Below are positions 37,729 through 43,143 of a stretch of DNA of 43,143 bases, one piece after another. The stretch lies in the IMG/VR virus record IMGVR_UViG_3300038315_001592, positions 1 through 43,143 of that record; one strand, 5' to 3'. The first letter of the stretch is position 1. Each line of letters opens with the position of its first letter. The position numbers and the translations under genes are program-made. The notes beneath the pieces are model-generated. The model did no database searches. It saw only the letters and a program-made list of their open reading frames with translations, and had not been told where the DNA came from. The stretch comes from a virus (Duplodnaviria > Caudoviricetes).

Positions 37729-37855
37729 AGAGGGGATTATGATGAGCTAACTCCTCTATGAATAACTCCACTAGTTCAAAGTGAGCTTCTTGGTTTAAGA
37801 ATTCAGCTGATTTTTTGAGGAGATCAGCTACCACTTCTAGTTCTCTTTTGTGCAT
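37688..37855 (-). CDS. 55-aa protein with NPxFD..KF motif, not in ORF track
   Basis: MHKRELEVVADLL...LAHHNPLFDKEKFYNA; AAGGAG RBS. Confidence 0.6.
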   Translation of the reverse strand: MHKRELEVVADLLKKSAEFLNQEAHFELVELFIEELAHHNPLFDKEKFYNASTPE

Positions 37856-37859
37856 AATT

Positions 37860-38210
37860 CTATTCTCCTTTCTTTTCTTTTTTTAGTCTTATATTCTTGA
37901 GCTTACTTGGGAAAATGTAGACCTCTTTAGGAGCCGGCAGAGTCTTCAGGCTTGCCATGCAATGTCTAGTGGCTTCAGATTCTAGGATGGATTCTATCTG
38001 AGCTATTAGATCATAAATTTCTGGTGGAGCTTTGAATTTATTGTCATCATTCCAAGAGTCGGTGTCTATTGAAAAACTAGCTATCTGCTTTCCATTAGCT
38101 GTAGTGAGATCAATCGTAGCTCCTATTTCTGGGAGTAATTTACCAATTTTGTAACTCACTCGGAAACTACACAACTTTGCATCTGTGATTTCTATTTGTA
38201 TTTTTTTCAT
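37860..38210 (-). CDS. Hypothetical protein
   Basis: AGGAG RBS. Confidence 0.6.
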   Translation of the reverse strand: MKKIQIEITDAKLCSFRVSYKIGKLLPEIGATIDLTTANGKQIASFSIDTDSWNDDNKFKAPPEIYDLIAQIESILESEATRHCMASLKTLPAPKEVYIFPSKLKNIRLKKEKKGE

Positions 38211-38224
38211 GAGATTATCTTCTC

Positions 38225-38518
38225 CTATTCTGGAAAATGTTTATTCATTAGAGTTTTAACTTTTACTAGAACTCTATTTATTTCTTTCATGCTCACGCTT
38301 GGATCTATTGTACCTGGAGCAAATGAAAGAGCAGTGAACAATGAACTTTCTTTATCTGTTATTAGATTCATTTCGCATTTTAATATCATCATTTTAATGA
38401 ATGGACTTGACCTCTCTGAGTCGTTCATTTTCTCAGCCATCTTTTTTTGGTGCGTGTTCATAGCTATTCTCCTCTCTTCAATTGATGGAAAATCCCCCCG
38501 AGTCTCGAAGGAATTCAA
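38225..38518 (-). CDS. Hypothetical protein (likely start MNTHQ)
   Basis: GAGGAG RBS before internal ATG. Confidence 0.5.
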   Translation of the reverse strand: MNSFETRGDFPSIEERRIAMNTHQKKMAEKMNDSERSSPFIKMMILKCEMNLITDKESSLFTALSFAPGTIDPSVSMKEINRVLVKVKTLMNKHFPE

Positions 38519-38933
38519 TGAACTCAGCTACTACCTCCTCATGGAAAGAGTACCAAGTACTAAATGGTCTTCTTCTGCCTTTTCCAGAACATCCATTACA
38601 TTCACCTTGGACTATTGCGTCAGATCTAATTCCCTTTCCTCCGCAGATTACGCAGACTTCATCTGGGAGGGCTCTGAGTCTTCTTTCTTCGTTGAGTCTG
38701 TGATTAGCTACATGCTTGGAATCTAGGAGATTCTGTAATTCCTCAGCTAGATGGGCTGCTTGGGCTGAATTCATTCCCATTCCATCATTGTAATGTCCTC
38801 CTTCAGCTAGCTTCTGGCTTATGCTACAATTCTCGCAACAGTAATTCCACAATGGTCTCCAGTACCAAACATTAGCTCGGAAGTATTCTCCTTTAGGACT
38901 AGTGGGCTTATTTCCGTAGATATCCATTCCCAT
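38478..38933 (-). CDS. Conserved phage protein with DnaJ-type CxxCxGxG zinc finger
   Basis: MGMDIYG...YFRANVWYWRPLW; CVICGGKG...CNGCSGKG; FLRDSGGF. Confidence 0.75.
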   Translation of the reverse strand: MGMDIYGNKPTSPKGEYFRANVWYWRPLWNYCCENCSISQKLAEGGHYNDGMGMNSAQAAHLAEELQNLLDSKHVANHRLNEERRLRALPDEVCVICGGKGIRSDAIVQGECNGCSGKGRRRPFSTWYSFHEEVVAEFIEFLRDSGGFSIN

Positions 38934-38954
38934 TTTATTCTCCTTTGTAAAAAA

Positions 38955-39230
38955 TTAAATATCACCTTCAAAACCAATAGCTATATCACCGACAATTTCT
39001 TCTGCCTTATCAGCGTATTTTTTATTCACTAAAACAATAGTCTTCCCTTTAGACTTTATTCTAAAATGAGCTACTGGTGAAAACACAAAATCAATATCAT
39101 TCTTTTTAAAAATAGTCGCTAAAGGAGTTCGTAAATCCACCAATTTTTTCCCACTACTTTTAACAAGATCAGCAATCTGCTGTATTTCCCCCTCATTTAA
39201 TTGATCTAACAACTCCTGTGCTTTACTCAT
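38955..39230 (-). CDS. Hypothetical protein, AT-rich import
   Basis: AAGGAG RBS; codon usage differs from neighbours. Confidence 0.7.
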   Translation of the reverse strand: MSKAQELLDQLNEGEIQQIADLVKSSGKKLVDLRTPLATIFKKNDIDFVFSPVAHFRIKSKGKTIVLVNKKYADKAEEIVGDIAIGFEGDI

Positions 39231-39326
39231 TTATTCTCCTTTCTGATTAAATCACGTTAATCAAAAGGACATTCACTCTACCCCGCCTGAATGTCCTTCT
39301 TTTCTGAGATGAGCCTACTCTCATTC

Positions 39327-39455
39327 CTATTCCCAACAAGCACAACTTGGATGCTGAGAACCCCTTAGTTCTCCACAAACTGGACAATTGGATTCAGCTA
39401 ATCCAACTGAACTAATCACCAGGAATTCGTCTACTTCTATGAATTCTAGTTCCAT
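39327..39455 (-). CDS. 42-aa zinc-finger peptide, not in ORF track
   Basis: AGGAGGTG RBS; CPVC...H..CAC. Confidence 0.6.
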   Translation of the reverse strand: MELEFIEVDEFLVISSVGLAESNCPVCGELRGSQHPSCACWE

Positions 39456-39475
39456 TCTATTCACCTCCTTTCTTG

Positions 39476-39506
39476 TGTATAGTTTATGATCGTTGTAAAT
39501 TGTACA
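39476..39506 (-). promoter_or_regulatory. 31-bp palindromic motif copy 4
   Basis: Minus strand TGTACA-atttacaacgatcataaac-TATACA, just upstream of the RBS of 39455. Confidence 0.7.
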
Positions 39507-39656
39507 TTATTTATGCTCTATTTTTTTTATTAAAAATAGTAGTGTTTTTATGCTTAGTTTGTGTAGATCAGATACTATTCTCGTGTCGCCTTTTATGTTT
39601 AAGTTATGTGCTAAATTGTAAATCAAACAGTCTTTTTTAGACAGAATATTAATCAT
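39507..39656 (-). CDS. 49-aa hypothetical protein, not in ORF track
   Basis: AAGGAG RBS; MINILSKKDC... Confidence 0.45.
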   Translation of the reverse strand: MINILSKKDCLIYNLAHNLNIKGDTRIVSDLHKLSIKTLLFLIKKIEHK

Positions 39657-39719
39657 GAGATTCTCTCCTTTCTGAGGAGTTTATCAGACTACCCCGAATG
39701 ATAAACTCCCCTTTTCTAG

Positions 39720-39774
39720 GTTAGCTCCTTTTTTATCGTAATGTAATGCGATTAAAGATTCTAAGATTTTCATT
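39720..39774. repeat. 55-bp direct repeat of 40113-40167 (2 mismatches)
   Basis: Direct comparison; both copies encode MKILESLI(A/T)LHYD(K/E)KGAN on the minus strand. Confidence 0.9.
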
Positions 39775-39786
39775 TTTTCCTTTCTT

Positions 39787-39987
39787 TTAGTCTTTTGAAT
39801 TGTTTTGGTATGCTTTTAATTCTCGCATTAGTTCTTGAAACGCTTTTTTGTGTATTTCTATGATTTCGCCCGAGTTGGGTTCATCGATAGCCCATTCGTC
39901 TATTACTTTTTGTTGATCGTGGAATACCTCGTAATTTGTTATTAACCTGCGAGCGTATATTTTCATGGATTTTTCACCTCCTTTCAA
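39787..39987 (-). CDS. Hypothetical protein (likely start MKIYA)
   Basis: AGGAGGTG RBS. Confidence 0.6.
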   Translation of the reverse strand: MKGGEKSMKIYARRLITNYEVFHDQQKVIDEWAIDEPNSGEIIEIHKKAFQELMRELKAYQNNSKD

Positions 39988-40166
39988 TGAGAGTTTTGTT
40001 CGATGAATTCTAGAACTTTTTTTGTTTCAATTTGGTGTTCTATTCCGTCTTTTTCAATGTGAAATATGTCATCAGAGATGCTTATCCAGCAAGTCTTGTG
40101 GACATTTTCATCGTTAGCTCCTTTTTCATCGTAATGTAATGTGATTAAAGATTCTAAGATTTTCAT
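39984..40166 (-). CDS. Hypothetical protein
   Basis: AAGGAG RBS. Confidence 0.55.
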   Translation of the reverse strand: MKILESLITLHYDEKGANDENVHKTCWISISDDIFHIEKDGIEHQIETKKVLEFIEQNSH

Positions 40167-40172
40167 TGATTT

Positions 40173-40394
40173 TTATCTCCTTGCTTTTAGATTTTCATCT
40201 GCTTTTAGGCAGAAGAGTTCATCAATTTGTTGAATTCCACTTTTACGGGTTTTTAAGATTTCTAGGATTTCGTAATCAAAGTTAGTTCCACGAGATCTTA
40301 AGACTGCAATGTTTATTTTGGTGTGTTTCCATGTGTCATCTGACATTTCGTGTGGTTTATCGTTGATTAGTTCTTGAAGTTCGCCAATTGTCAT
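40173..40394 (-). CDS. Hypothetical protein
   Basis: AGGAGGTG RBS; MTIGELQELI start. Confidence 0.65.
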   Translation of the reverse strand: MTIGELQELINDKPHEMSDDTWKHTKINIAVLRSRGTNFDYEILEILKTRKSGIQQIDELFCLKADENLKARR

Positions 40395-40563
40395 AGTTGA
40401 ATCACCTCCTTTCAGTTGGGGATTTAGGTGTTGAATTGTGTATGTTAGGGGTGTATTACCCCATGTTATGGGTTATTCTTCTCTTTTTTCCTGTAGAAGT
40501 GTAAATGTGTATGTGTTTGAATTTGTTGAAGTTATCTTTTTGGGCTGTAGGGGCTGAAAAACT

Positions 40564-40775
40564 TAACTTCAATGAATTCAATTGTTTATCGGGAATTCTT
40601 CTACTTTCTACGGGGTGGGCACATAGTGCCTCTTTCTACCGCTTTCGTACGGGTCTTAGCTCGTTCTTATAAAAAAAAAAATAAACTCAGATAAACCCCC
40701 CTAGTAAAGTGGGAATCCGTCCACCCCCCAAAAAGTAGAAGAATTTCTTGTAAGTTGTTGAATTCATTACGTTAT
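40564..40775. repeat. ~55-bp imperfect inverted repeat around an A-tract
   Basis: AATGAATTCAA..AATTCTTCTACTTT..GGGGTGG matches the reverse complement at 40719-40775 with identical spacing. Confidence 0.8.
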
Positions 40776-41081
40776 TGATTTTATTTTGCTACGTTCGGAA
40801 AAGTTAAGTATTTGTTTTCGTTACGTTTACGTTAATTGACTTCTACAACAAAATGCAGGAATTGTATCCCTCGGATTCAATCTTTGTATGTATTTTTAAG
40901 TATACATAGTTTATTCTTGTGATTTTTACGTTAAATTGAATTTGAAGGTTTTATGTACGTTTATGATTTTTCATACACTCTAGATTAATTGGAAAAATAC
41001 TTTCATAACGTATGTATTTTGAATGCCAATTACAAAACCTTGCCATTGGATTAATAAAGTTATAAAAGTTAAAAATACATA

Positions 41082-41537
41082 TTAAACGGCATTACACATA
41101 ACATTAATCTCTTCTTCGGTGTGTTTACCGGATTTTTCCAATTGGGAACGCATGACCAACACCATTTTTTGCTTAGCGGTCAATTTACCGATCCCAAGTA
41201 TTAATTGCACACCATCCCTAAAATCTATTTGCTTTTCAATGATTACGCTTTTTTCAATTTTTTGTGTTTTTTCATCACTTGACAAGTTTTCAATATGGTC
41301 ATTTAAAGCGTAAGAGATTTTACAAAAAGCATAATACTTGCCGTCAATTTCCTTAACCTTTTTTAAGGTGTAATCCTTTTCGGATAATTGTTTCGTCAAC
41401 ACGTCAAGTGGAAGATCAAAACTTTTCTTATTGATTTCAACACGAAAATCAATAACTTTTAATATACTTGTTTTTTCTTGTGTAAGATTTTTTCCCATTG
41501 TTACCCCTTTAATGCGACAAGGTTTTATAATTGACAT
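41082..41537 (-). CDS. First early gene, hypothetical (likely start MGKNL at 41498)
   Basis: AAGGGG RBS; downstream of sigma70-like promoters. Confidence 0.65.
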   Translation of the reverse strand: MSIIKPCRIKGVTMGKNLTQEKTSILKVIDFRVEINKKSFDLPLDVLTKQLSEKDYTLKKVKEIDGKYYAFCKISYALNDHIENLSSDEKTQKIEKSVIIEKQIDFRDGVQLILGIGKLTAKQKMVLVMRSQLEKSGKHTEEEINVMCNAV

Positions 41538-41542
41538 TCATA

Positions 41543-41604
41543 AAGTTCAATGGATACGATACCCCACCTCTTTCAAAACGTGGGGTATAATATCCATTGA
41601 ACTT
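41543..41604. other. Long hairpin in early leader (RNase III-like site candidate)
   Basis: AAGTTCAATGGATA/TATCCATTGAACTT (14 bp) plus ATACCCCAC/GTGGGGTAT (9 bp). Confidence 0.7.
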
Positions 41605-41700
41605 GAACAAGTTGCATTGACATTTATATGTGTACACTTGTTATTGTTATTTACTTATTATATGTATCATGTGATGATTCAATAACCCTTTCGATAAACA

Positions 41701-41729
41701 AGTGTATCAAATTGCCATAAATATGTCAA
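41701..41729 (-). promoter_or_regulatory. Leftward sigma70-type early promoter
   Basis: TTGACA-17 bp-TACACT with extended TG. Confidence 0.75.
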
Positions 41730-41799
41730 CAAAAAAATGCAAGTATTTAAATGATTTATTTGACAATATTTATTCAGGCGTGTTGCCATTGTCATCCAT

Positions 41800-41819
41800 G
41801 ATAATGATAATGATTATCA
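41800..41819. promoter_or_regulatory. Fur box
   Basis: GATAATGATAATGATTATC is an 18/19 match to GATAATGATAATCATTATC; perfect 7-1-7 TGATAAT-G-ATTATCA at 41805-41819. Confidence 0.75.
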
Positions 41820-41833
41820 TTAAGATATACATA

Positions 41834-41861
41834 AACATATAGCTATTGATGAATATGTCAA
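41834..41861 (-). promoter_or_regulatory. Second leftward sigma70-type promoter candidate
   Basis: TTGACA-16 bp-TATGTT. Confidence 0.5.
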
Positions 41862-42026
41862 TATAATTTGTTTGCTGTCATCAAAAAGCATGCTTTTTTG
41901 TTGACAAAATAGTCAATTCGGTTTTCGTTTTCGGCACGTCTGTATGCAACTCACACGACTTTTCAAGCCAGCTCCCATTAACTGTACAAACTTGCCTCAA
42001 CTATGCCCATTCTCTCTCCCCCCTCC

Positions 42027-42039
42027 TAACTCATTGATT
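42027..42039 (-). promoter_or_regulatory. IHF consensus site
   Basis: AATCAATGAGTTA fits WATCAANNNNTTR. Confidence 0.5.
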
Positions 42040-42062
42040 CCTGGCGTCTTTCCATTCCCTCC

Positions 42063-42091
42063 TTGACATTTCTCCCATCTTCTGATAAACT
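42063..42091 (+). promoter_or_regulatory. Rightward sigma70-type promoter for packaging/structural arm
   Basis: TTGACA-17 bp-TAAACT with extended TG. Confidence 0.75.
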
Positions 42092-42125
42092 ACCCAGAAG
42101 ATAACGATGGAACTCTCCCATCGAA

Positions 42126-42156
42126 TGTACACATTCCGACGACCGTAATCTATACA
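42126..42156 (+). promoter_or_regulatory. 31-bp palindromic motif copy 5
   Basis: TGTACA-cattccgacgaccgtaatc-TATACA, 15 nt before the ATG at 42172. Confidence 0.75.
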
Positions 42157-42171
42157 TAAAGTGAGTAAATC

Positions 42172-42309
42172 ATGGACGAGCAAATTCTAATAAAACTAAA
42201 TGAGATCCTCACTAGACTAGAAAACCTGGCGTATCTTCTCAAAAAGGAAATTAGCCGCCAAGAAGATCACCGCAATAGAGGAATCTCAACAGGAGTAACC
42301 TATGAATAG
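42172..42309 (+). CDS. 45-aa coiled-coil protein, not in ORF track
   Basis: MDEQILIKLNEILTRLENLAYLLKKEISRQEDHRNRGISTGVTYE; overlaps next start. Confidence 0.55.
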   Translation: MDEQILIKLNEILTRLENLAYLLKKEISRQEDHRNRGISTGVTYE

Positions 42310-42751
42310 TACACTCACCACCCAATTCGAGCCTATTCATCATCAAATCCTAGTTGACTATGTAATCAATGGACTCACAGTTGATCAATGTTCTGATAAA
42401 CACGCTGTCTCCAAGGGGATGATCTATTCCCTCAAGAAATCTGACCAGTGGGAAATGGAAAGCAAGCAGCTCCTAGATCAGATCAAACTAGACGCTCAGA
42501 ATAGACTCTCCAGGTTGGTAGGTAGGTCTCTTGATCGAATCGAGCAGATCATTGATCGCTCATCTGATGAAGCTATAGTCCTTAATGCTGCTAATAAAGT
42601 AATCGACAAAGTAGTCTCTAAAGGTGGATCTGATAAATCCAAAGTAGTCCTGAATATGTTCGCTCCAGGGTGGCATTCTACGAATGGAAATAAGCCAACT
42701 GGCGAAGGAAACAAAGTCCAGATAATCCTAGGAGACAAAGAATACAAATGA
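42302..42751 (+). CDS. Putative terminase small subunit
   Basis: N-terminal HTH (GLTVDQCSDKHAVSKGMIY), helical middle (LNAANKVID), upstream of TerL on the circle. Confidence 0.65.
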   Translation: MNSTLTTQFEPIHHQILVDYVINGLTVDQCSDKHAVSKGMIYSLKKSDQWEMESKQLLDQIKLDAQNRLSRLVGRSLDRIEQIIDRSSDEAIVLNAANKVIDKVVSKGGSDKSKVVLNMFAPGWHSTNGNKPTGEGNKVQIILGDKEYK

Positions 42752-42984
42752 AGAGGTTAGCTGTTCTGATAATATCATTAGTTTTCCTGGCTTGTTCAGC
42801 TGAAGAAATTCAGCAGAAAAAGGAACCCTCTCACGATCAGAGGGGAGATTCTCAAGGAATCCCGCTGGATACTCATATTCCAGGGAAATCAGATCCTATT
42901 GAGAAGCCTAGTTTAGCTGAAGAAATTCACATTAGCGGAGGAAATACACCAGCTGATTCCTCAGGAAGGGACATGGGACAGTAA
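42748..42984 (+). CDS. Lipoprotein, allele B
   Basis: Signal peptide with lipobox VFLA-C; low-complexity mature part. Confidence 0.8.
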   Translation: MKRLAVLIISLVFLACSAEEIQQKKEPSHDQRGDSQGIPLDTHIPGKSDPIEKPSLAEEIHISGGNTPADSSGRDMGQ

Positions 42985-43143
42985 TGGGAATGTGCATCTA
43001 TTATTTTAATGATGGATCAGTTATAGGCCTAGAAGAAGATTATTATGGAGCGGACTTTAATTCCTATTGGAGAGACCTAGGATTATAGTGAGGGCTATCT
43101 CATGAACGAACAAGTTTACTCGTTATTGCTGAAAGTAGGAGAC
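42800..43143. repeat. Terminal overlap with 1-306
   Basis: See first feature. Confidence 0.95.
42984..43088 (+). CDS. 34-aa peptide, allele B (allele A is MREYIYSYWRDL at 207-245)
   Basis: TAATG-coupled; MGMCIYYFNDGSVIGLEEDYYGADFNSYWRDLGL. Confidence 0.4.
   Translation: MGMCIYYFNDGSVIGLEEDYYGADFNSYWRDLGL

Noticed and set aside
40884-41034. Additional TGTA...TACA dyads with 14-16 nt spacers
   Set aside because: Spacing and arms do not match the 31-bp motif; not counted as copies
41428-41455. TTATTGATTT-N8-AAATCAATAA palindrome
   Set aside because: Single instance inside a coding region in very AT-rich sequence; may be chance
1-43143. Stop-codon reassignment (TAG) suggested by abundant CTAG/TAG
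   Set aside because: Genes are full length and tightly packed under the standard code, and TAG ends clear genes such as the major capsid at 6910
42800-43143. True direct terminal repeat or DGR template/variable repeat pair
   Set aside because: The overlap starts mid-gene, differences are indels and not adenine-specific, and there is no reverse transcriptase; best explained as circular assembly with a bubble

Overview
Apparently complete (~42.8 kb, circularly permuted) genome of an uncharacterised short-tailed (podovirus-like) dsDNA phage, probably infecting a Gram-negative host because it has a spanin-like pair and lipoproteins. The + strand arm (42172 through the end, then 1-22381) holds packaging, head, tail, lysis and ejection genes. 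The - strand arm (41.5 kb down to 22.3 kb) holds early and replication genes: a UDG-fused family A DNA polymerase, a DUF3987-like P-loop protein, Sak4-like ATPase/nuclease/SSB, DUF932, MazG, two ParB-like domains and two DNA amino-methyltransferases. I recognised no integrase, RNA polymerase, primase, RT, CRISPR array or canonical tRNA. The main unexplained signals are: (1) a 31-bp imperfect palindrome (TGTACA-N19-TATACA) at five dispersed sites, four directly in front of a ribosome-binding site; (2) strong genome-wide CTAG/AGCT (AG/CT) enrichment that disappears in the early control region and in apparently imported modules, possibly linked to the phage methylases; (3) a near-perfect Fur box in the early promoter region; (4) several structured intergenic RNA candidates; (5) two different alleles of a lipoprotein locus at the contig ends; (6) an ejection gene split by one in-frame stop. 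All family calls come from motif recognition by eye; no searches were run.
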